Shown piece after piece: positions 38,116 to 48,082 of a stretch of 48,082 nt of DNA. Origin of the DNA: Pseudomonadota bacterium (GTDB lineage: Bacteria > Pseudomonadota > Alphaproteobacteria > Micropepsales > Micropepsaceae); the NCBI GenBank assembly GCA_018242145.1, contig JAFECN010000327.1:1-48082 (forward strand), read 5' to 3'. The notes under the pieces were generated by a model. The model was not told the origin of the DNA and did not search any database. It worked only from the letters and a program-made list of their open reading frames with translations. The first letter of the stretch is position 1. Each line of letters begins with the position of its first letter. The translations under genes and the position numbers were made by a program.

Positions 38116-40029
38116 CTACTCACCTAGCGCATACGCGATCACCTGATCGCCGCGCTTTGTGTCGAGCTTGGAATGGCCGCCGGCGGCGATCACCACATAC
38201 TGCTTGCCCTTCCACATATAGGTCATCGGCGTCGCCTGTCCGCCCGCGGGCAAGCGGCCCTTCCACAATTCCTTGCCGGTCTTCGCATCGAAGGCGCGGA
38301 GATAATCGTCCATCGCCGCGCCGATGAACACCAGCCCACTCGCCGTCACCATCGGCCCGCCGAGATTGGGCGTGCCGGTCTTGCCGAGAACATATTCGCT
38401 GAACGGCACCATGTCTTCCGTCGTGCCCAGCGGCACCGACCACAGAATCTTACCCGTGTGCATATCGACGGCATGAAGCTGTCCCCACGGCGGCGGGTTG
38501 CAGGGCAGATGCCAGGGCGATGCCACCACCGTGCGCATCATGCCGAACGGCGCGCCCTCGTTCGGCGAGACTTCCTTTCCCGCGAACCGCGCGCGCGCAG
38601 CGGCGAAGTCCTTGCGCTTGATGAGCGTCACCAGATGCATGAGGTTCGACGTGTTCACATAGACGATGTCGTGCTTCTGGTCGAAGGCGAGCCCGCCCCA
38701 ATTCGTGCCGCCGCCGGTGAAGGGATAGATGATCGTGCCTTGCAAACTCGGCGGCGTGTAAAGCCCGTCATGCCGCGCGGCGGCGATCGCATCGCGGCAT
38801 TTGCCGCGATCCCAAAACGTCAATCCGAACGCATCGTCCGGCGTGATGTGATTGGCGGCCAGCGGCGCGGGCGCCACAGGAATGGGCTGCGTCGGCGACA
38901 GTTTTTCGCCCGGCGCGCCGCCTTGCGGCACCTTGCGCTCCACCACCGGAATCAGCGGCTGCCCGTTCGTGCGATTGATCGTGAACAGCAAGCCTTGCTT
39001 GGTCGGCTGCAACACCGCCGGCACGGTCTGGCCCTTGTAGGTCACCATGCCCAGCGTCGGTTGCGCGGGAATGTCGTAGTCCCACACGTCGTGATGCGTC
39101 GTCTGGAACGACCACGCCACGCTGCCGTCGTTCACATGCAGCGCCACGATGCTGTTGGCATATTTGCCGCTGCCCACGCGCAAGCCGCCCCAGAAATCCG
39201 TGCTCGCGCTGGAAACCGGCAGGATCACCAGCCCCTGCTTCTCGTCCACGCTCATCGGCGCCCACACATTCGCCGCGCCGCCGCGAAAGCCCTTGGGCTC
39301 ATGCGCCAGCGGATCGAAGGCCCATTTCGCCGCGCCCGTCACCGCGTCGAACGCATGCACCGTGCCGCGCAACTCATCGACCTTCTGATTATCGTCGATG
39401 GACGAGCCCACGATCACCACGCCATGCGTCACCACCGGCGCGGATGTCGTGTGGATGCGGCCGAAATGCTTGCCCTCGATCTGCTGCCCAGGCGGGATGA
39501 TGACGGTGCCGTTGTTTCCAAACCCGGGGCAGGGCTTTCCGTTTTTCGCATCCAGCGCGATCAAACGGCGATCCGCGGTGTTCATATAGATGCGCGTGGC
39601 GCACAGCCCGTTCGCACCCGGTATCACGGCGTAAGCCACGCCGCGGCAGACGAAATCGTTGGGATAGCGCATGTCGATGTTCAGCTTCGGATCGAAGCGC
39701 CAGAGCTGTTTGCCGGTGCCCGGATCGAGCGCGCTCACTTCGTTGAAGGGCGAGCAGACATAAAGCTTGCCATCCGCCAGGATCGGCGTGTTCTCGAACG
39801 AGGCGCGGCGCATGGCGCTGCCCTTGGTCTTCATGTCGCCGGTGGAGAAGCTCCAGGCCTGCGTGAGCTGTGTGACATTGGCGGGTGTGATCTGTGTGGC
39901 AGAAGAGTAACGCTGCCCGCCTTCGTCACCGCCGTAATAGCGCCAGCCGGTTCCGGCCTTCGCCACGGTCCCGGCAAGGATCAGCGCCCCCGCCACAACC
40001 ACCGCTTTCACCACATCGCCCGTGCGCAT
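38116..40029 (-). CDS. PQQ-dependent dehydrogenase (glucose/quinate/shikimate family), soluble form with signal peptide
   Basis: GGQRYS..QITP.NV, CRGVAY, HHDVWDYD, PCNPPPWG and LPAGGQATPMTY motifs. GAGGGAGAGG RBS before 40029. Confidence 0.93.
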   Translation of the reverse strand: MRTGDVVKAVVVAGALILAGTVAKAGTGWRYYGGDEGGQRYSSATQITPANVTQLTQAWSFSTGDMKTKGSAMRRASFENTPILADGKLYVCSPFNEVSALDPGTGKQLWRFDPKLNIDMRYPNDFVCRGVAYAVIPGANGLCATRIYMNTADRRLIALDAKNGKPCPGFGNNGTVIIPPGQQIEGKHFGRIHTTSAPVVTHGVVIVGSSIDDNQKVDELRGTVHAFDAVTGAAKWAFDPLAHEPKGFRGGAANVWAPMSVDEKQGLVILPVSSASTDFWGGLRVGSGKYANSIVALHVNDGSVAWSFQTTHHDVWDYDIPAQPTLGMVTYKGQTVPAVLQPTKQGLLFTINRTNGQPLIPVVERKVPQGGAPGEKLSPTQPIPVAPAPLAANHITPDDAFGLTFWDRGKCRDAIAAARHDGLYTPPSLQGTIIYPFTGGGTNWGGLAFDQKHDIVYVNTSNLMHLVTLIKRKDFAAARARFAGKEVSPNEGAPFGMMRTVVASPWHLPCNPPPWGQLHAVDMHTGKILWSVPLGTTEDMVPFSEYVLGKTGTPNLGGPMVTASGLVFIGAAMDDYLRAFDAKTGKELWKGRLPAGGQATPMTYMWKGKQYVVIAAGGHSKLDTKRGDQVIAYALGE

Positions 40030-40072
40030 CGGCCTCTCCCTCATCGCATGCCGGCCAGCCTATATTCCGGCC

Positions 40073-40981
40073 ATGTCCGGCGTTGATCCCCAATCTGTGT
40101 TGCCCGTTGCCCGCCCGAAAGAGGCCGGGGGCGGATCGCACTGGATAAGTGATTTCTGGCAATGGCTTGGGATCAGCGGCGACCGGGTTGGGACGAGCGG
40201 AACGCTGCGGCGGACGTTTTTCTATTCCTTCGCCACGGCGGCGGCGCTGGTGGCCGTCATCAACACGATCAATGTGATCAGCGATACGAAAACCCACACA
40301 GATCTGGCCGGGCCGATCGTCTGGGAAGGGTCGAGCTGGATCGCGCTCATGGCCTTCTTCTGGATTCCCTGGATCGGCTACCGGCTGGCGCCGCCTTTCG
40401 TTCGCCCACGCTGGAAATTGCTGGTGCACATCCCGGCCGCGTTCCTGTTCTCCCTTCTCCATGTCTGGGGCTTCAATCTGGTGCGCACGCTGATTTACTG
40501 GCTCGCGGGCGACCATTACGATTTCGGTAGTTTCTGGCCGAACTTCTTCTACGAATTTCGCAAGGACGTTCTGGGCTATGCGCTCTTCATCGCCGGTTTC
40601 GCGCTGATCGAGCATCTGCTCCGCCAGCAACAACTGATCGACGCGCCGGGCCAGACGCTCACCTTCGACATCCGCGACGGCGCCAGGCTCAACCGCGTAC
40701 GGCTGGACGAAGTGCTCGCCATCGCTTCGGCCGGGAATTATGTGGAATTCGTGCTGCGCGACGGCCGCAAACTGCTGATGCGCTCGCCGCTGTCGGCGCT
40801 GGAAAACGAACTCGGCCCGCGCGGCTTCCTGCGCACGCACCGGTCATGGCTGGTGAATGCCAGCGCCATGACCGCGCTCAAGCCCGAAGGCTCCGGCGAT
40901 TACACGGTGGAATTGGGGGCGCTGGAAGCACCACTCTCCCGGCGCTTTCCGGAAGCCTTGGCGAAACTGAGAGGCGAATAA
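40073..40981 (+). CDS. Membrane-integral LytTR family DNA-binding protein
   Basis: About four TM helices, then AGNYV..FLRTHRSWLVN..SRRF. No receiver domain. Confidence 0.88.
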   Translation: MSGVDPQSVLPVARPKEAGGGSHWISDFWQWLGISGDRVGTSGTLRRTFFYSFATAAALVAVINTINVISDTKTHTDLAGPIVWEGSSWIALMAFFWIPWIGYRLAPPFVRPRWKLLVHIPAAFLFSLLHVWGFNLVRTLIYWLAGDHYDFGSFWPNFFYEFRKDVLGYALFIAGFALIEHLLRQQQLIDAPGQTLTFDIRDGARLNRVRLDEVLAIASAGNYVEFVLRDGRKLLMRSPLSALENELGPRGFLRTHRSWLVNASAMTALKPEGSGDYTVELGALEAPLSRRFPEALAKLRGE

Positions 40982-40987
40982 CGAACT

Positions 40988-41098
40988 TTTCCTCCCCCGT
41001 TTACGGGGGAGGACACCGCGAAGCGGAGGAGGGGGCCGTGCCGAAGACCCCCTCTGTCTCGCTATGCTCGACACCTCCCCCGTAAACGGGGGAGGAAA
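40988..41098. repeat. CCTCCCC-family palindromic element (copy B1)
   Basis: TTTCCTCCCCCGTTTACGGGGGAGG ... CCTCCCCCGTAAACGGGGGAGGAAA. Confidence 0.88.
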
Positions 41099-41101
41099 GT
41101 T

Positions 41102-41431
41102 CTATTTCGTCTCCGCCATCACCTGATCGCCGGCCACGGCGAGCAGTTCTTCCATCTTCTTGCGGATCGCATGGTCCGACGCGGCAACCTTCTTCGCATC
41201 GAAATCCTTGCGGATCTTGCGGAATACGTCCTCGTCGCCCGCTTCCTCGAAATCGGCCGCCACGACTTCCTTGGCATAGGCCTCCGATTCGGCGCCGGAA
41301 ACGCCCATTTCGCCCGCCGCCCACTGGCCCAAAAGCTTGTTCCGCCGCGCCATCACCTTGAAGCGCATCGCCTCGTCATGCGCCCATTTGGCTTCCGCTG
41401 CCTTCTTGCGATCCTCGAACCCGTTGGCCAT
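41102..41431 (-). CDS. DUF1476 / F1Fo ATPase inhibitor subunit zeta
   Basis: FEDR..A.EAKWAHD, ARRNKLLGQWAA and ADFEEAGDEDVFRK motifs. Confidence 0.9.
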   Translation of the reverse strand: MANGFEDRKKAAEAKWAHDEAMRFKVMARRNKLLGQWAAGEMGVSGAESEAYAKEVVAADFEEAGDEDVFRKIRKDFDAKKVAASDHAIRKKMEELLAVAGDQVMAETK

Positions 41432-41637
41432 ATCATAACCCTTTGAAACTGTTCCCGAAAACCGCCAATGCGCGGCGGCGCGATCCACCATAGACCATCC
41501 ACGGAAATGGCTCTACACAGGCGCCGCTGCAACCGGGCGCCCGCGTTGCCGCGACGGTCCGCCATCCGCTAAATTGGCTTCCTAGCGGGGGCTGGAAAGC
41601 CCCCTTTTCGCTTTTGGGCCGCCCGACGGGAAATTCC

Positions 41638-42408
41638 ATGTCCATGAAACGCCGCCGCCAGATCTACGAGGGCAAGGCCAAGATCCTTTACGAAGGCCCG
41701 GAGCCCGGCACCCTCATCACCTATTTCAAGGACGACACGACGGCGTTCGACGCCACCAAGAAGGCGGTGCTGGACGGCAAGGGCGTTCTGAACAACCGCA
41801 TCAGCGAATATCTGATGACGCAGCTCATGCAGATCGGCGTGCCCACGCATTTCGTGAAGCGCCTGAACATGCGCGAGCAGCTTGTGAAGGAGGTGGAGAT
41901 CATCCCGCTGGAGGTGATCGTCCGCAACGTTGCCGCCGGGTCCATGTCCAAGCGGCTGGGCATCGAGGAAGGCACGGTTCTGCCGCGCTCGATCATCGAA
42001 TATTGCTACAAGAACGATGCGCTGCACGATCCCTTGGTGAGCGAGGAACACATCACCGCCTTCGGCTGGGCCAGCCCGCAGGATCTGGACGACATCGTGA
42101 ACCTCACGATCCGCATCAACGATTTCCTCTCCGGCCTTTTCCTCGGTGTCGGCATCAAGCTGGTGGACTTCAAGGTGGAGTTTGGCCGGCTGTGGGAGAA
42201 TGACTATATGCGCATCGTGCTGGCCGACGAGATCAGCCCGGATTCCTGCCGCCTGTGGGACGTCGCGTCCAACGAGAAGATGGACAAGGACCGCTTCCGC
42301 CGCGATCTGGGCGGCGTGGTCGAGGCCTACAGCGAAGTCGCCCGCCGCCTCGGCATCATGCCGGAGAACGTGCAGGGCGAGAACAAGGGCCCGGTGCTGG
42401 TGCGCTAG
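41638..42408 (+). CDS. purC: SAICAR synthetase
   Basis: [30 protein letters not shown] and DKDRFR motifs. Confidence 0.97.
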   Translation: MSMKRRRQIYEGKAKILYEGPEPGTLITYFKDDTTAFDATKKAVLDGKGVLNNRISEYLMTQLMQIGVPTHFVKRLNMREQLVKEVEIIPLEVIVRNVAAGSMSKRLGIEEGTVLPRSIIEYCYKNDALHDPLVSEEHITAFGWASPQDLDDIVNLTIRINDFLSGLFLGVGIKLVDFKVEFGRLWENDYMRIVLADEISPDSCRLWDVASNEKMDKDRFRRDLGGVVEAYSEVARRLGIMPENVQGENKGPVLVR

Positions 42409-42464
42409 CCGGTGCGCTGAAATGACTCGCGCATAAGTCCCGTGCGCGATTGGTTATGGTTTTT

Positions 42465-42586
42465 CACCCTCCCCTTGAGGGAGGGTCGGAGAGCGAAGCG
42501 ATCCGGGGCGGGGTGCGCGAAGCGCCTCCCCGAAAAATTCTTCGCTGCGCTACGAATTTTATCGACCCTCCCTCAAGGGGAGGGTG
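42465..42586. repeat. CCTCCCC-family palindromic element (copy B2)
   Basis: CACCCTCCCCTTGAGGGAGGGTCG ... CGACCCTCCCTCAAGGGGAGGGTG. Confidence 0.9.
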
Positions 42587-42607
42587 GTCGAAAGGACCGA
42601 CACGAAT

Positions 42608-42850
42608 ATGAAGGCCCGAGTGTTTGTGACTCTCAAAAACGGTGTTCTGGATCCGCAGGGCAAGGCTATCGGCAATGCGCTGCACGGCCTCGGCTTCGGC
42701 GGCGTCGGCGAAGTGCGCCAGGGCAAGGTCATCGATCTGGAGCTGAAAGAGACCGATGAAGCCAAAGCCCGCGCGTCGCTGAAAGACATGTGCGAGAAGC
42801 TCCTCGCCAACACCGTGATCGAAAAATACGAGATCGAGCTGAAGGCATGA
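42608..42850 (+). CDS. purS: FGAM synthase subunit PurS
   Basis: LK.GVLDPQG, VRQGK and LLANTVIE motifs. Confidence 0.96.
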   Translation: MKARVFVTLKNGVLDPQGKAIGNALHGLGFGGVGEVRQGKVIDLELKETDEAKARASLKDMCEKLLANTVIEKYEIELKA

Positions 42851-42859
42851 TCCCCCACT

Positions 42860-43045
42860 TGTCATGGCCCGCGAATGCGGGCCACCCAGGTGAACCCCGC
42901 TCGGAGGCGGCAGTTTCGATGTGCTCTTTTCTCGGCACCTCTGCGGCTCTGCGTGAGTCCATTTTTTCCACGCAGAGCCGCAGAGGCGCAGAGATGGGCA
43001 CAGTGCAGAACCCAACTGGGTGGCCCGCATTCGCGGGCCATGACA
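42860..43045. repeat. GTCAT-family palindromic element (copy A3) with a nested palindrome of another type
   Basis: Outer arms TGTCATGGCCCGCGAATGCGGGCCACCCAG / CTGGGTGGCCCGCATTCGCGGGCCATGACA. Inner arms CCTCTGCGGCTCTGCGTG / CACGCAGAGCCGCAGAGG. Confidence 0.92.
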
Positions 43046-43067
43046 GTTGTGGTTTGGAGGTTCGTTC

Positions 43068-43736
43068 GTGAAATCCGCCGTCATCGTTTTCCCCGCTTCC
43101 AACTGCGACCGCGATGCGCAGACGGCGCTGAAGCAGCTTACCGGCAAAGACCCGCATATGGTCTGGCATCAGGAGAGCGCGCTGCCGGATGTCGATCTGG
43201 TCGTGCTGCCGGGCGGGTTCTCCTATGGCGATTATCTGCGCTGCGGCGCGATGGCGAGCCAGTCTTCGGTGATGAAGGCGGTGAAGGCGCATGCGGAGAA
43301 AGGCGGCGCGGTCATCGGCATCTGCAACGGCTTTCAGGTGCTGACCGAAACCCACATGCTGCCCGGCGCGCTGATGCGCAACGCCGATCTCAAATTCGTC
43401 TGCCGCCCGGTGAAGCTGACGGTGGAAGAAACGCAGTCCGCCTTCACGCGCAAATATGCCAAGGGTCAGCAGATCACCGTTCCGGTGGCGCATGGCGAAG
43501 GCAATTACTTCGCGGATGACGAAACGCTGAACCGCCTCGAAGGCGAGAACCGCGTCGCATTCCGCTATGCCGAGGGCGACAATCCCAACGGTTCCGCGCG
43601 CAACATCGCCGGCATCCTGAACGAAAAGCGCAATGTGCTGGGCCTCATGCCGCATCCGGAGCGCGTCGTCGATCCGCTCCTCGGCGGCGAAGACGGCAAA
43701 GCACTGTTCCAGAGCTTGATTGAGACGTTGGCGTAA
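43068..43736 (+). CDS. purQ: FGAM synthase glutaminase subunit PurQ
   Basis: [18 protein letters not shown] and MPHPER motifs. GTG start after GGAGG. Confidence 0.97.
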   Translation: MKSAVIVFPASNCDRDAQTALKQLTGKDPHMVWHQESALPDVDLVVLPGGFSYGDYLRCGAMASQSSVMKAVKAHAEKGGAVIGICNGFQVLTETHMLPGALMRNADLKFVCRPVKLTVEETQSAFTRKYAKGQQITVPVAHGEGNYFADDETLNRLEGENRVAFRYAEGDNPNGSARNIAGILNEKRNVLGLMPHPERVVDPLLGGEDGKALFQSLIETLA

Positions 43737-43750
43737 GCGGCATCAATCTG

Positions 43751-43968
43751 ATGGATACGGAAACGATTTTTGTTTTCCTGCCGCGAGAGGCCGTTCCAGT
43801 CTGGGCTCCTGTGGACGCTAAACTTGTTCACGATGATGTTTACCGGATTACGGATTGTCGTGGTGAGGACGACGAAGTTGAGTTCGGGAAAGGCGTTTTG
43901 GTGAGATGCCGCCATCAACGATTTGCAGAGGGCGAAGGTTTAGTCGCTTTTGAAAAGATAGAATCTCA

Positions 43969-43972
<4 letters not shown>
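43751..43972 (+). CDS. Small hypothetical protein inserted between purQ and purL
   Basis: 73 aa with lower-GC codon usage. Fills the gap; ATGA overlap with purL. Confidence 0.7.
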
Positions 43973-46170
<2,198 letters not shown>

Positions 46171-46174
46171 TCAC

Positions 46175-46320
46175 CACCCTCCCCTTGAGGGAGGGTCGAA
46201 ATTTGCACTTCGCAAATTTCGGGGAGGGGTGCGCGAAGCGCCGCCACCGCGCCATGACCCCTCCCCGAAAAATTCTGCGCTGCGCTTGAATTTTGTCGGC
46301 CCTCCCTCAAGGGGAGGGCG
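46175..46320. repeat. CCTCCCC-family palindromic element (copy B3)
   Basis: CACCCTCCCCTTGAGGGAGGGTCG ... CGGCCCTCCCTCAAGGGGAGGGCG. Shares the internal CCTCCCCGAAAAATTCT with B2. Confidence 0.9.
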
Positions 46321-46358
46321 GTTTGTTCGCTGCTTGTCAAATGAGATAGGATTGGTCC

Positions 46359-46592
46359 ATGGGTATGCCCGCCGCCGACATCGAGAAACTGATCCGCGAA
46401 GCCTTTCCGGACGCGGATGTCACCATCACCGCGCTGGCCGATGACGATGACCATTGGGCCGCCATGGTTTCTTCGTCCGCCTTCAAGGGCAAAACCCGTG
46501 TGCAGCAGCATCAGATGGTCTATGCCGCCCTGAAAGGCCGCATGGGCGGCGAACTCCACGCGCTGTCGTTGCAAACCGCTGCGAAGGATTGA
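46359..46592 (+). CDS. BolA/IbaG family protein
   Basis: DH, F.GK.RVQQHQMVY and LHAL motifs. Confidence 0.93.
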   Translation: MGMPAADIEKLIREAFPDADVTITALADDDDHWAAMVSSSAFKGKTRVQQHQMVYAALKGRMGGELHALSLQTAAKD

Positions 46593-46601
46593 TTGCCGAA
46601 A

Positions 46602-46919
46602 ATGGAAATCATCATCCAAGAGCGAACCTACTATTCGCCGGGCGACGAAAACGCTTTTTTCGGCTGGTTGGAAAATCTGAAATGCGTTTCGACCGTGAAG
46701 GGCGCGCCTGATGGGCTGCATGTCAAACTTCGCAGAAGACCAAGCGAATCCGATCTTCGCGAAATGATTGGGCTTCTCTATCGATATGGGCTGGATATGA
46801 AGCCGTTGGCTGCATTGGTTACCGAACGCAATGCTCGCTGGTTTCGGAATACGAAAATGTTTTGGTACCGATCTGTTTTTGGGAAAACGTCCTCAAAACG
46901 CGGTCAAAAATCGACTTAG
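46602..46919 (+). CDS. Small hypothetical protein inserted between bolA and grxD
   Basis: 105 aa with lower-GC codon usage. Fills the gap between two normally adjacent genes. Confidence 0.75.
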   Translation: MEIIIQERTYYSPGDENAFFGWLENLKCVSTVKGAPDGLHVKLRRRPSESDLREMIGLLYRYGLDMKPLAALVTERNARWFRNTKMFWYRSVFGKTSSKRGQKST

Positions 46920-46948
46920 CTTGACGGGTAGAGTTTGCGGACCTATCT
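46920..46948 (+). promoter_or_regulatory. RpoD/RpoH-like promoter for grxD
   Basis: CTTGAC-N16-CCTATCT. Confidence 0.6.
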
Positions 46949-46990
46949 CTGCCTTGACCTTCTAAAGGCCGCAAATTAGCGGAGAAAAAT

Positions 46991-47326
46991 ATGTCCAATT
47001 CCGTTCACGACCGTATCCAGAGCGAAGTTTCCGGCAACGAGGTGCTGCTGTTCATGAAGGGCACGCCTGTGTTTCCGCAGTGTGGGTTCAGCGCGGCGGC
47101 GGTCGGCATCCTGTCCAACCTCGGCGTGAAGTTCAAAGCCATCGACGTGCTGAAGGATCCGGAGATCCGCCAGGGCATCAAGGAATTCTCCAACTGGCCG
47201 ACGATCCCGCAGCTTTATGTGAAGGGCGAATTCGTCGGCGGCTGCGATATCCTGAAAGAGATGTACGAAGCCGACGAGCTGGCGCCGTTCCTCGCCGAAA
47301 AAGGCATCGCGCTGGAGAACGCTTAA
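46991..47326 (+). CDS. grxD: Monothiol glutaredoxin Grx4
   Basis: PQCGFS, WPTIPQLY and GGCDI motifs. Confidence 0.97.
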   Translation: MSNSVHDRIQSEVSGNEVLLFMKGTPVFPQCGFSAAAVGILSNLGVKFKAIDVLKDPEIRQGIKEFSNWPTIPQLYVKGEFVGGCDILKEMYEADELAPFLAEKGIALENA

Positions 47327-47333
47327 CCCACGC

Positions 47334-47437
47334 TTGTCATCCCGGCCAAGCGATGCGTCAGCATCGCGCAGAGCCGGGACCCATCGTGCAGCGGCTCAAT
47401 GGGTCCCGGGTCTCGCTGCGCTCGCCCGGGATGACAA
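47334..47437. repeat. GTCAT-family palindromic element (divergent copy A4)
   Basis: TTGTCATCCCGGCC...GCCGGGACCCAT ... ATGGGTCCCGGG...CCCGGGATGACAA. Confidence 0.85.
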
Positions 47438-47448
47438 TAGCGTTGTTG

Positions 47449-48082
47449 CTAATCGTTCCAGAAATGCCGCTTCCAGATTTCTTTCAGCGCGGGCCGCTGC
47501 GATAATTCCTTCGACAGCGCGTCCAGCTTCGGAATGTGCCCCGCCGCCGCCCAGTCTTTCCCAAGCGAACCGCGCCAGCGCGAGAACATCGCGGCGTAGA
47601 TATCCAGAATCGAAAATCCGCTCGGCAGAAACCACGGCCCCGCCACCTGCCGCTCCACGATCAGCAATCGCTCGCGAATGCGCTCCCGCGCTTTGCGGCG
47701 TAGTGCATCGGCCTCACCGCCTTTCGGCGCGAAGCGCTCCGGATAATCGCTCACCTCCACCATCGGATAGATCTCCGCCGACATGAACGCCAGCCAGCGA
47801 TAGGCATAGGCGCGCTCCACGCTCGCCTGGTTGGGCAGAAGGCGCGCATTCGGAAAGTGGTCGGCGATGGTCAGCAATATCGCCAGCGACTCGGTGATGA
47901 TCTGGCCTTCCGGCAGTTTCACCGCCGGCATCTTGCCGCTGGGATTGATGGCCAGGAATTCCGGCGTCTTCTGCTCGTTCTTCTCCAGCGAGATCAGGTG
48001 GAAATCGTAAGGCGCGCCCGCTTCGGCCAGCGCCGCCTCCGCCGAAAACGCGCCCGAGCCCTTGTCGCCATAGACCGTGAAC
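47449..48082 (-). CDS. Glutathione S-transferase family protein (start codon cut by the window edge)
   Basis: FTVYGDKGSGAFSAEAALAEAG..INPSGKMPAV..ESLAI; frame open to the window end. Confidence 0.9.
   Translation of the reverse strand, partial: FTVYGDKGSGAFSAEAALAEAGAPYDFHLISLEKNEQKTPEFLAINPSGKMPAVKLPEGQIITESLAILLTIADHFPNARLLPNQASVERAYAYRWLAFMSAEIYPMVEVSDYPERFAPKGGEADALRRKARERIRERLLIVERQVAGPWFLPSGFSILDIYAAMFSRWRGSLGKDWAAAGHIPKLDALSKELSQRPALKEIWKRHFWND

Noticed and set aside
42442-43147. ORFs running through the repeats (42442-42759, 42464-43147, 42790-43071)
   Set aside because: They overlap purS or purQ and are translations of stop-poor palindromes.

Overview
High-GC alphaproteobacterial chromosome segment. 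The assignment rests on a CckA-type hybrid kinase, CtrA boxes, alphaproteobacterial-type LexA boxes, the ATP synthase zeta subunit and the gpsA-yciI-EVE gene order; Micropepsales/Rhizomicrobium-like is only a guess. Content is mostly core genome: an Rgt-like GT2/GT39 pair, PBP1A, alkB, a MATE pump, scattered polyamine/GABA catabolic genes, lolA, gpsA, mmsA, tauD, a ParDE toxin-antitoxin pair, the fliPO/flgBC-fliEQR-flhB flagellar cluster, cckA, a TonB receptor/PepSY pair with a Fur-like box, recA, gabD, purB, a PQQ dehydrogenase, purCSQL, bolA and grxD. I found no CRISPR array, prophage, transposase, rRNA or tRNA, and I cannot support a new multi-gene protein system here. The most interesting signals are non-coding or interstitial. 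(1) A probable unannotated ~148-nt sRNA with C-rich loops, its own sigma70 promoter and its own terminator, between alkB and the MOSC gene. (2) Seven REPIN-like double-hairpin elements in two families, one carrying a nested palindrome of a third type. (3) An insertion (repeat or small lower-GC ORF) at every gene junction from purC to the GST gene. All calls come from reading the sequence and recalled family motifs; no searches were run.
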